NCBI GenBank assembly: GCA_048886185.1
Contig: JBHLKY010000020.1
Span: 1 to 32,000, forward strand
Direction of reading: 5' to 3'
Source of the DNA: Candidatus Hermodarchaeota archaeon
GTDB taxonomy: Archaea > Asgardarchaeota > Heimdallarchaeia > Hodarchaeales > Hodarchaeaceae
DNA length: 32,000 bases
Every line of letters starts with the position of its first letter. The stretch's first letter is position 1. Under the pieces are notes generated by a model. The model did not search any database. It worked only from the letters and a program-made list of their open reading frames with translations, and was not told the origin of the DNA. Positions 8,781-17,799 of the stretch are shown here, piece after piece. The position numbers and the translations under genes were made by a program.

Positions 8781-10858
8781 TGATTCTTCACTTCCTTAGC
8801 ACAGGCAAAGACCTCTAATGGTACTTCTACAAATAACGGTCGTTGTGTTCCTTGAGTGACTAAGTCGTAATCAATACCTTCCTCCTTAAAAATTCTATTA
8901 ATTAACGCGGTACATGTTTTTCCACCGCAGGCACCCATTTGAACGTGTGTAAGAGCTTTTAATTGGTTGATATCTGTTACACCTTGACGAATCCAATATT
9001 TTATTTCTCCAGCTGTTACACGCTCGCACCTGCATACAATTGCGTCATCTAGCACTGGTGGTTTATGATAGATTTTTAATGGTTCCGAAATTTTATCCAA
9101 CTGTGTTTTTATCCCAATGGCGTATTTTGCAACTTCCTTAGGCAGCTTAACAGTAATTAAGAGAGTTCGTGGATATCTCTTAAGTTTTCTAATTCGTTCG
9201 ATAGGAAATTCACCCAATACTCCTTCATTACTCATTATTGTAATCTGTTCCCCTTTTTCTATGCTTTGGTCAGACATTTCATGAGGTAAAGTGACAAATG
9301 GATTTTCTTTATCTTTCCTATAGTCTAAAAGTGAAATCGCCAGTCCTGGACAAACTGCAACACATTTTCCACACCCTGTACACATTTTTTCTCCTTTAAA
9401 ATAAGGCAAGCTTGTTATTAAGTCATTTTCAGTCTCTATCTGATGTTGAGGACAAACTGTAGTACAAGGATTACAAGGAATTTCTTGATCACAGTGAAAA
9501 ATAGGGAAAATCCCATCTTCCTCAGGAGGAACCCCTCTTGTTTTAGGTTTTGGTGGGGGAGATTTCATAATCTGAGCTTTTTCTTCAAGTTCATCAAGCT
9601 TTTCCTCTGTGTTGATACCAAGTGAATGAAGGATTTTTACTGCTTCTAATCGGCCTGTAAAAATTGCTGCAGATGCTTCTGCTATTTCTTGAGCGTCTCC
9701 TGCTACCCATGCGTCAAATCCAAATTCCTTAGCTTTGATAAAGAATTCATTAACGGGATCCAACCCAACAGCGATTAAAATAGTATCACACAAAAATGAC
9801 TTCTCAGTACCTCGGACAATATCCCAATTTTGGTCTAGCTGAGCAATTGTTATTGATTCTACTTTATCATCACCATTAGCAGAGAGGATTGTATGACTTG
9901 TATAAATAGGGACACCTAAACGACGGAGCTTATTTTCATGAACTTTATACCCACCACATTGTGGTAATGCTTCAACTAATCCAACAACATTGATTCCAGC
10001 CTGTAAAGCATGATAACCTGCGATTAATCCAACATTACCCCCTCCAACAATGAATATTCTATTGGCAGATTTTACTAGATCACGATTAACTAAAGTTTGA
10101 AAAGCTCCTGCTCCATAAACTCCAGGGAGGGTATCTCCTGGAAAAATAAGCATCTTTTCCCTTGCACCTGTAGCTATAAGTAGTTTCTTTGGTTTTACCA
10201 ACCTATATTCTGTACTTTTTATAATTCCGACAGTTTTATCGCTATAAACGGCAATTGCTGTACTTGATAACCATATATCAACATTTGAAAACGATTCTAA
10301 TGCTTTACCGAGTATTTCAGCGATTTCAATACCTCTCTTTCCAGCAAAAACATCTTGTATCGAACCGAAGAACTTATGGGATTGAAGAACGAGCTTCCCT
10401 CCTACACGATCCTTATCATCAACTAGAATTACTTTAAGCCCTTTTTCACCCAATATCTTGACTGCAGAGAGGCCTGCAGGTCCTGCCCCTATTACAAGAA
10501 CATCTGTCTCATCCAGAGGGATCTCACCAAAAGTAACTAAAGAATCATCCTCAACTAGTTCGGGTACACCATGACACCTTTCTATTTTCATCCCCTCCTC
10601 TAGTCGAGTCATACAAGACTTTACAGGCTTTCCATTAACAAGCACTGTGCATTGAGCACACTGATTATTTGCACAAAAAATACCTTGAGGGCTGTTATCT
10701 TTAATATGATAGCCAAATACCTTAATACCATTCATGAATAAGGCCGAGGAAATAACTAAACCCTCCACGCCTTTCATTGTTGTTCCCTCCCATATGAATG
10801 ATATTTCCTTCAATTTAGGAATAGAAAGAATAGGGTGTTCAGAAATTCTATTTAACAT
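8777..10858 (-). CDS. Multidomain FAD/NAD(P) oxidoreductase with N-terminal 2Fe-2S, 2x[4Fe-4S] and C-terminal BFD-like domains (sarcosine oxidase alpha / proline dehydrogenase alpha-like fusion)
   Basis: Motifs in order: GIFCANNQCAQC...SC; VIGAGPAG; ATGARE; VGGGNVG; CDQEIPCNPCTTVCP; CTGCGKCVAVCPG; VCRCERVT...MGACGGKTC. Confidence 0.88.
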   Translation of the reverse strand: MLNRISEHPILSIPKLKEISFIWEGTTMKGVEGLVISSALFMNGIKVFGYHIKDNSPQGIFCANNQCAQCTVLVNGKPVKSCMTRLEEGMKIERCHGVPELVEDDSLVTFGEIPLDETDVLVIGAGPAGLSAVKILGEKGLKVILVDDKDRVGGKLVLQSHKFFGSIQDVFAGKRGIEIAEILGKALESFSNVDIWLSSTAIAVYSDKTVGIIKSTEYRLVKPKKLLIATGAREKMLIFPGDTLPGVYGAGAFQTLVNRDLVKSANRIFIVGGGNVGLIAGYHALQAGINVVGLVEALPQCGGYKVHENKLRRLGVPIYTSHTILSANGDDKVESITIAQLDQNWDIVRGTEKSFLCDTILIAVGLDPVNEFFIKAKEFGFDAWVAGDAQEIAEASAAIFTGRLEAVKILHSLGINTEEKLDELEEKAQIMKSPPPKPKTRGVPPEEDGIFPIFHCDQEIPCNPCTTVCPQHQIETENDLITSLPYFKGEKMCTGCGKCVAVCPGLAISLLDYRKDKENPFVTLPHEMSDQSIEKGEQITIMSNEGVLGEFPIERIRKLKRYPRTLLITVKLPKEVAKYAIGIKTQLDKISEPLKIYHKPPVLDDAIVCRCERVTAGEIKYWIRQGVTDINQLKALTHVQMGACGGKTCTALINRIFKEEGIDYDLVTQGTQRPLFVEVPLEVFACAKEVKNH

Positions 10859-11096
10859 TTAGTATCCTCTTTTTATACCACAGTATTAACAAAAAAAAGT
10901 ATCAATTACCAAACATGGTTTTTCAGGGATCTATGGTTAAATTGACTTTATCTATTAATTCTCTTTAATATTAGCGTTGTCTATGGGAAAATAACTCCCT
11001 AAAGTTTTAAACTTATTTCTTGAAAGTTCTTATATCTCAACTGCTTATCAATAAATACGTTTGATTCAAAGCTAAAACAAAACTAGGGAATAAAAA

Positions 11097-11768
11097 ATGA
11101 CTCCAACACCAGAATCTCAAGCTGCTTTAGATATCTTACGAACATTCCCAGCAGAATTCAAATGGTATCTCATCCCATTATTTGCTATAATTGTTTATAT
11201 GTATGCAGTGGAAATTGAGAAAAAAAATTGGAACCGTGTTCTAGCTGGTTTAGCTTTTTTTGGAATGGATCTTTTTAACGAAACATGGAATGCTCTTATA
11301 CTTTATTTTACTGATTACTCTGCATTTTGGACGTGTGCTGGGGAAACAGGATTTTTAATTTTCGTTGGATTAAATATTGAGATTTCTTTGATGTTTGCGA
11401 TGGCTGGAATCGGTTTTACTAAGATGCTTCCAGAAGATAAGAATTTGAAAATTGATTTGTCTCACATTAAAATTCCAATTAAAATTCCTAATCGATGGGT
11501 GTTTGCCGTTGGTAATTCAATTTTCTGTGTATTTATTGAAATTATTTTAAATGCAGCAGGAGCTCTAATATGGGAATATTCATTCTGGAATTCATCCTTG
11601 ATTGGAGTCATTCCAATAATTGTTTTCGGCTATCTTCATTTTATGATCGTTTCTTTCTGGGTATATGATATGGAGAAGATTAGAAATAAGATTCTTGTGG
11701 TTAGCGGAATTTTATTATACGATTTAGTCGCCATAAGCCTTTTTGCTATTATTCTTGGCTGGATCTGA
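11097..11768 (+). CDS. Integral membrane protein of unknown function, 223 aa
   Basis: Several hydrophobic segments of about 20 aa. No family recognised with certainty. Confidence 0.8.
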   Translation: MTPTPESQAALDILRTFPAEFKWYLIPLFAIIVYMYAVEIEKKNWNRVLAGLAFFGMDLFNETWNALILYFTDYSAFWTCAGETGFLIFVGLNIEISLMFAMAGIGFTKMLPEDKNLKIDLSHIKIPIKIPNRWVFAVGNSIFCVFIEIILNAAGALIWEYSFWNSSLIGVIPIIVFGYLHFMIVSFWVYDMEKIRNKILVVSGILLYDLVAISLFAIILGWI

Positions 11769-12129
11769 ACCGAGTACTAAGTATCATGGATTTCCATCCC
11801 TAAAGTAGCATCTGTTATAGTTATTCTTGCTAGATAACATCAAAATGTGAACCAAATTTACTAAATAGAAATTAAAATTCAATCCTCATCCTTATGATCT
11901 AAAAAGACATGTAATCATATCATCTGACTTTCAAGTTTTTTGAAAGATCTCATAAAAGAAAATTAAGTCAAGGGTTCTTCTTTTATTTTGGTTGAAAAAC
12001 AGCATAAAAAGTAAGAAAATTCTTTAGAATAACATGAAATAATGGTATCTCTTAATCCTGAAAGATTCCAGAATCAACAGAGAAAATAGCTTTTTAAATG
12101 AACTGTAGAGTCAAGAAAAAGCATTATAG

Positions 12130-13713
12130 GTGTTTAATGTGAGGAATGATCAAACCGATAAAGAAATGCAACAATTTCTTGAAAAGATTATGGCTTTTGC
12201 AAACAAAACTGGTATTGCATTTATTACTGGAAATATTTATGGGGGTCTCGCAGGATTCTGGGATTTTGGGCCAATTGGAGTAGAGATAAAGAATCGCATT
12301 AAAGACACTTGGTGGACTGATTTTGTCCGCAATCGTGATGACATAGTTGGTTATGAAGGATCAATAATCACTCATCCCAAAGTATGGGAAGCATCAGGCC
12401 ACTTAACAAGTTTTAATGACCCTCTGATTTTTTGTCAGGGTAAGTGTAAAAAGAAACACAGACTAGATCATTTAGTGGAGGATCAACTGAACATTCGTAC
12501 TGAAGATCTAGATATTGCCGATCTAGGGGAAATTATCAAAGAAAAAGGGCTAAGATGTCCTGATTGTGGAGGTACTTTTGGCGAACCTGTCACTTTCAAC
12601 TTAATGTTCAACACATACATCGGGCCTGTACAAGATTCAGCTTCTCTTGCCTATTTGCGTCCAGAAAATGCCCAACTCATCTTTTCTGGATTTAAAAATG
12701 TCATCGATTCTACACGTGTAAAAATACCATTTGGAATAGCACATACAGGGATTGTTTTTAGAAATGAAATTTCCCCCCGTAATTTTCTTTTTCGAGTAAG
12801 GGAGTATGAGCTAATGGAATTTGAATACTTTACAAATCCAGAGAAAACAAACGAATGTCCTTATTTTGAAGAAATAGCAGAATTAGATATCAATGTATTA
12901 TCACAAAATGATCAAGGTCAAAATCATGAAAAAAAGAATCTAGAGGAAGACTATCGAGTCATGAAAGTAGGTGAGGCATGGGAAAATAAAATATTCAAGA
13001 ATAAATGGCAATTATATTGGCTAACTATTTTCGTTTACTGGTTTATTGAAGCATTAGGGATACGAGGAGAAAAATTACGGTTAAGACAACACATGAAAAC
13101 AGAATTAAGTCATTATGCTTTAGACACATGGGATTTAGAATACAAATATCCTTTTGGTTGGAAAGAACTAATGGGATGCGCGAATCGAACTCAATTTGAC
13201 TTGAACCAACATCAAATGCACTCCAAAATCAAAATGCAGTTCATTGAGCAGACTGAAAACGGATTAAAAAGATATATTCCGTATGTTGTAGCTGAACCCT
13301 CTGTCGGATTAGGTAGAATCCTTCTAACTGTAATTGCTGAAGGTTATACAGAGGAAGTTGTCAAAGGGCGTAAGCGTATTGTTTTGAAAATTCATCCGCG
13401 GCTAGCACCTTATGATGTTTCAGTTTTCCCCTTACAAAAAGATGAGAAAATTTTCGCTAAAGCACGAAGTATTTTTGAAAATCTTCGTAATAATGGATTT
13501 ATTGTCCAATATGATGACAGTGGTTCGATTGGAAAACGCTATAGGAGACATGATGAAATTGGTACACCATTTTGTGTCACGATCGATTATGAAACCTTGG
13601 AAGATGAACAAGTGACAATAAGGATTCGAGATACAATGGAGCAAGTAAGAATTCCAATAAAAAACCTCCATAAAGAGCTAAGTTACCGAAAGAAGCATTA
13701 TAAGATGAACTGA
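12130..13713 (+). CDS. glyS: Glycine--tRNA ligase, homodimeric (archaeal/eukaryotic-type) class II
   Basis: Motifs GFWDFGPIG, LRPENAQ, FRNEISPRNFLFRVRE and EPSVGLGR, plus the anticodon-domain motif GSIGKRYRRHDEIGTPFCVTIDY. GTG start. Confidence 0.9.
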   Translation: MFNVRNDQTDKEMQQFLEKIMAFANKTGIAFITGNIYGGLAGFWDFGPIGVEIKNRIKDTWWTDFVRNRDDIVGYEGSIITHPKVWEASGHLTSFNDPLIFCQGKCKKKHRLDHLVEDQLNIRTEDLDIADLGEIIKEKGLRCPDCGGTFGEPVTFNLMFNTYIGPVQDSASLAYLRPENAQLIFSGFKNVIDSTRVKIPFGIAHTGIVFRNEISPRNFLFRVREYELMEFEYFTNPEKTNECPYFEEIAELDINVLSQNDQGQNHEKKNLEEDYRVMKVGEAWENKIFKNKWQLYWLTIFVYWFIEALGIRGEKLRLRQHMKTELSHYALDTWDLEYKYPFGWKELMGCANRTQFDLNQHQMHSKIKMQFIEQTENGLKRYIPYVVAEPSVGLGRILLTVIAEGYTEEVVKGRKRIVLKIHPRLAPYDVSVFPLQKDEKIFAKARSIFENLRNNGFIVQYDDSGSIGKRYRRHDEIGTPFCVTIDYETLEDEQVTIRIRDTMEQVRIPIKNLHKELSYRKKHYKMN

Positions 13714-13731
13714 AGCATTATTGAATTTTGA

Positions 13732-14655
13732 GTGGATTTTATGGTTTCCTCAGACAATTTAAATTCATCATTTTTTGGTGCTACAGTCGAAGATATTGAT
13801 GAAGGAAATTTAATTGTATTAGGCATTCCTTGGGATTTTTCTTCTTCTTATAGAAAGGGGTGTACAAAAGCTCCTGAAACATTACGTCAAGCAACTTCAG
13901 GAGAATTATATAATACGTATACAGAAGCCATGGTTAATATTAAGGATAAATGGCAGATATTTGATGCGGGAGATGTTAATATCTCATCAAATGATGCCAT
14001 GACAACTCGAAACGAAGTCTTAACCAAATTAAAACGAATTAGCAATATTGAGAAAGATAAACGATTTCTTTTTCTAGGAGGAGATCATCTTTCAACTTAT
14101 TTTTGCTTCTTTTCGCTTTCTGAAATTGGATTCTTTCAAGAAGATAATAGTGCAATAATTTACTTAGATGCCCACCCAGACTTATACTATCAGTATAAAG
14201 GGGATATCTATTCTCATGCTTGCGTATTACGACGTATTATTGATCAAACAAGGATAAAACCAAGTAATATTATTCAATTTGGAATCCGAGCTAGTACCAA
14301 TGAACAAAGAGAATTTGCCCATAATGCGGGAATTCAAACTATTACTAAGAGGAAATTTTTGGAAAAAGGAGCATTAGAAATAGCAAACATGATTAAAGGC
14401 ATGTTTTTAAATAATCCTAGTAAAATCTATTTGTCTATCGACCTAGACATTTTAGATCCTGCTTTTGCACCTGGTTTAGGAAATCCAGAGCCTGGGGGAC
14501 TAACTACTCGAGAATTAGTTTCATTCATACAAGAACTCTCAGATCTACCTATTGTTGCTTTTGATGTCGTAGAATTTTGCCCTAATTATGACCAATCAAA
14601 CATAACTGCTTTTGCTGCAGCGAAAATAATCAAGGAGATTCTCGGGATAATATAA
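13732..14655 (+). CDS. speB: Agmatinase / ureohydrolase (arginase family)
   Basis: Motifs GGDH, DAHPD, SIDLDILDP and GNPEPGGLT. The start could be the GTG at 13732 or the ATG at 13741. Substrate is assigned by family only. Confidence 0.85.
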   Translation: MDFMVSSDNLNSSFFGATVEDIDEGNLIVLGIPWDFSSSYRKGCTKAPETLRQATSGELYNTYTEAMVNIKDKWQIFDAGDVNISSNDAMTTRNEVLTKLKRISNIEKDKRFLFLGGDHLSTYFCFFSLSEIGFFQEDNSAIIYLDAHPDLYYQYKGDIYSHACVLRRIIDQTRIKPSNIIQFGIRASTNEQREFAHNAGIQTITKRKFLEKGALEIANMIKGMFLNNPSKIYLSIDLDILDPAFAPGLGNPEPGGLTTRELVSFIQELSDLPIVAFDVVEFCPNYDQSNITAFAAAKIIKEILGII

Positions 14656-14853
14656 ACGGAGCTAAATCCCCTCTTTTGGATTTTCAAGTCACTTGAGAAA
14701 ATAAAAAATGTCCTTCAGATTTAAGTTCCAGAGAACAGAATTATGTCAACTTACAAATGAAATTACGTTATGTATATAACAATAGTTAAAAAAACAATTG
14801 TTATATTTTCTATTTGAAGAACATTTCAATAAATAAGAGAAGGCGGAACATTC

Positions 14854-16107
14854 TTGAAAGTTTATTTGGATAATAATGCTTCGACAAGGGCTGATCCAGT
14901 AGTCATCGAAGCCATGATGCCTTATTTTTCAGATATTATTAGCCCACCAAGCTCTGATTATGGCCATTCTTTTGGAGTAGAAGCAAAACAGGCCCTTGAT
15001 TCAGCACGAGAAACTCTTGCCTCTAAAATCAATGTCCATTCCTCTGAAATAGTTTTTACCTCTGGACAAGCAGAATCAAATAATTTTGCGATAAAAGGTA
15101 TAGCTCTAACAAATCTTAAAAGAAAGAGGAAAATCTTTATTGCATCAAGTGTTTCTCATTCTACAATTTTAGATAGCTTATCTTCTTTGAAAAAACATGG
15201 TTTCGAAGTAAAACTAATAAAAGTTGACTCAGAGGGTTTTATTGACCGTAGTCATTTACAAAAGCTTCTTACAGAAAATAATGAACTCCCTCTATTAGTT
15301 TCAATCCCTCATGGTAATGTTGAGATTGGTACTGTCGAAAATATTCAAGAAATTTCGTCTATCTGTCATGAATACAAAGTTCCGCTTCATGTTGAGGCGA
15401 CGTACAGTTTTTGTAAAATCCCTCTCGATGCTTCTCTTGTAGATATGGCAACAATAACTAGTCACTTAATCCATGGACCTAAAGGCGTCGGAGCTCTCTA
15501 TATTAAAAAAGGCCTCAAGATTCAAAGGTTAATTGATGGTGGTCTTCAGGAAAACAAAAAACGAGGAGGAACTGAAAATTTACCAGGAATCGTCGGTTTC
15601 GCCAAAGCAGCTGAATTGTACACACCAGCTATCAATGAGAAAGTTAGAGAACTTCGTGATTATCTGTGGGAAACCTTTAATAAAAAAATCTCAGATTTCA
15701 AAGTTACTGGCCCAACTGATAGAGATAAAAGATTACCAAATCATTTTTCAGTTGTAATTAACTATGTTGAGGGAGAATCTATCTTATTACATTTAGATTT
15801 ACTCGATTTTATGATAGCAACAGGATCTGCTTGTTCATCAAAGCAGTTAAAGGCAAGTCATGTTCTTTCAGCAATTGGACTACCAACAGAGGTCAGTCAT
15901 GGAAGTGTTCGGGTAGGATTAAGCAAATATAATACCAAGGAAGAGATTAATCAATTTATCGATCATTTAGTGAACATTGTTGAAAGATTAAGGGCAATCA
16001 GTCCAATGAATGCAGATTTTATGAGAGAGTGGCAAGAAATGAAGGATCAGGGAGTTATAGAAGAAAATAATCATCATCATGATTTTGAAGAAATAGAGGA
16101 TGAATAA
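14854..16107 (+). CDS. iscS: IscS/NifS-like class V PLP-fold protein lacking the Schiff-base lysine
   Basis: Motifs YLDNNAST, FTSG, GPKGVGAL, RGGTENLPG and TGSACSS (Cys327). The canonical SxHK motif reads TSHL. TTG start; followed directly by iscU. Confidence 0.9.
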   Translation: MKVYLDNNASTRADPVVIEAMMPYFSDIISPPSSDYGHSFGVEAKQALDSARETLASKINVHSSEIVFTSGQAESNNFAIKGIALTNLKRKRKIFIASSVSHSTILDSLSSLKKHGFEVKLIKVDSEGFIDRSHLQKLLTENNELPLLVSIPHGNVEIGTVENIQEISSICHEYKVPLHVEATYSFCKIPLDASLVDMATITSHLIHGPKGVGALYIKKGLKIQRLIDGGLQENKKRGGTENLPGIVGFAKAAELYTPAINEKVRELRDYLWETFNKKISDFKVTGPTDRDKRLPNHFSVVINYVEGESILLHLDLLDFMIATGSACSSKQLKASHVLSAIGLPTEVSHGSVRVGLSKYNTKEEINQFIDHLVNIVERLRAISPMNADFMREWQEMKDQGVIEENNHHHDFEEIEDE

Positions 16108-16516
16108 GATGGCGAAAATTTATTCCGATGAGGTCATGAAATTATTTATGAATCCAAAGAATATGGGAGAAATTGAAAATCCCAGTGGTCTTGGAAAAGT
16201 AGGAAATCCAGTTTGTGGAGACGTAATGTGGATTTATATTAAAGTTGATGACGCTACAGATGTGATAGAAGATATCAAAGTCAAAACTTTTGGATGCGTT
16301 GCTGCAATTGCCACAAGTTCAAAAACAACAGAAATGGCTAAAGGAAAAACTCTTAAGGAAGCCTATGCGATAACGAAGAAACAGGTTGCTGATGATTTAG
16401 GGGGTTTACCAAAACAAAAAATGCATTGCTCAAATCTAGCTGTTGATGCACTTCAAAGAGCAATCGTTAATTATTTTGAGAAGAAAGGTAGATCTATTGA
16501 AGAATTAGAGGGATAA
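16100..16516 (+). CDS. iscU: Fe-S cluster scaffold IscU/NifU-N family
   Basis: Motifs GNPVCGDVM, FGCVAAIA and KMHCSNLA. The ATG at 16109 is an equally likely start. Confidence 0.95.
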   Translation: MNKMAKIYSDEVMKLFMNPKNMGEIENPSGLGKVGNPVCGDVMWIYIKVDDATDVIEDIKVKTFGCVAAIATSSKTTEMAKGKTLKEAYAITKKQVADDLGGLPKQKMHCSNLAVDALQRAIVNYFEKKGRSIEELEG

Positions 16517-16525
16517 GAGAATTCA

Positions 16526-16774
16526 ATGAAAACGGAAGAACCTGACTTTTTAATTGATATCACAGGGTTAACCTGCCCAATTCCGCTGATTAAGGCACGA
16601 AGGGCAATAAAGAGCGCCAGAAAAGGTCAGAAAATCAAATTTGTGGGAACAATTGAGGAGGAAGTATCACGAAAGGAAATTCTTATAGCCATTTCTAATC
16701 TAAATCAGCGTTTAATAGAAAATATAGACCAGATTGAAGAAAAAAGATGGTATATATTAATTGAAAAAAATTAA
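16526..16774 (+). CDS. tusA: TusA/SirA-family sulfur carrier protein
   Basis: 82 aa with the IDITGLTCPIP (CPxP) motif, 9 bp after iscU. Confidence 0.85.
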   Translation: MKTEEPDFLIDITGLTCPIPLIKARRAIKSARKGQKIKFVGTIEEEVSRKEILIAISNLNQRLIENIDQIEEKRWYILIEKN

Positions 16775-16824
16775 TTCTATTGAATTTATAAAAAAGAGCG
16801 AGATTATATCTCATTGATCCTCCT

Positions 16825-17703
16825 TTAAGGACTTAATTTTGGAAAGAATTGGAGAAAACCACTCAATGAGTTTCCCAAAAGAATATCAATCATAAATAAT
16901 GTAATCAATGTTGAGACAGGGATTAATAAATTATCGAGATCTGATGGGGAGAAAGCTTCGATTACCATTGCAACTACACCAAGGATAATGATGACAATAA
17001 GTATGAATGCGATATCAATATTTTCTCCTGGATTAGCAAGTATAATGGAGTTAGTACCAAAGTCCATGCTGCCAATAATCCCAAGGAGTATATAAAAGAT
17101 CAAACATCCTGCTATACTAAATAATAATACTCCGAGAGACCCTTCTAAAGTTTTTTCGCGTCCCAAAGTCTTATATTTCCGATTTCCCCATCTTTTCCCG
17201 ATATATGGGGCAATTCCATCACCCCATCCCACAATCGCCATCATGAACATTCCTGCATAACTTCCGTATAGAGCTGTTCCTGCAACCATCATGACAATTG
17301 TGAAATATAATGGGCCCTTCATTAATTCACGTGGATCACCAGTTCTAGTCATTGTTTTTACATCTGGATCGTCTGATGAACCTTTCATTCCTTTATATAT
17401 AAAAGTTAAAAAAAATAAGAATGGTACAGTGATATTCAACATATAAGAGAAAAATGCTTTATCCGAGGTATTCATAAACAACCAGATCCAAATAAATGAG
17501 CCTGCTGCAATATGAATAATCTTTCGGGAAAGATCAGAGGAGAGTTTGCCAGAATCTACTAATTTTTCTAATAATGAGATTATCACTTTTACATATATCA
17601 TTGCAACTATAGCACCAAAGAAAAAATTCCATAATATTGCTCCAACATCAACACCAGCGAAGAGTATTTCTGGAAAAATCGTTATGTAACCCATTTTCAT
17701 CAC
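16825..17703 (-). CDS. CTP-dependent polyprenol/phytol/dolichol kinase family membrane protein (SEC59/VTE5-like)
   Basis: Motifs RKIIHI, GWGDGIAPYIGKRWG, KTLEGS and DNLLIP in a multi-TM protein. Confidence 0.85.
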   Translation of the reverse strand: MMKMGYITIFPEILFAGVDVGAILWNFFFGAIVAMIYVKVIISLLEKLVDSGKLSSDLSRKIIHIAAGSFIWIWLFMNTSDKAFFSYMLNITVPFLFFLTFIYKGMKGSSDDPDVKTMTRTGDPRELMKGPLYFTIVMMVAGTALYGSYAGMFMMAIVGWGDGIAPYIGKRWGNRKYKTLGREKTLEGSLGVLLFSIAGCLIFYILLGIIGSMDFGTNSIILANPGENIDIAFILIVIIILGVVAMVIEAFSPSDLDNLLIPVSTLITLFMIDILLGNSLSGFLQFFPKLSP

Positions 17704-17799
17704 ATGATTTATTCTCTAATTTAAAATACCAGAATAATTCTTAAATTTTTAAAATCAATTACATCCTGTTGTCAAAATAAAATCTCAAGACAACACTTT

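Noticed and set aside
8718-8800. Frameshift or pseudogene explanation for the missing N-terminus of the DAO-family gene
   Set aside because: The Rossmann motif is in frame with the rest of the gene, and the upstream gene ends normally. A non-ATG start explains it more simply.
11928-11946. Inverted repeat CTTTCAA-N5-TTGAAAG in the 361-bp gap before glyS
   Set aside because: The arms are only 7 bp and AT-rich, so it is plausible by chance. I could not recognise a tRNA, T-box or other structured RNA in this gap.
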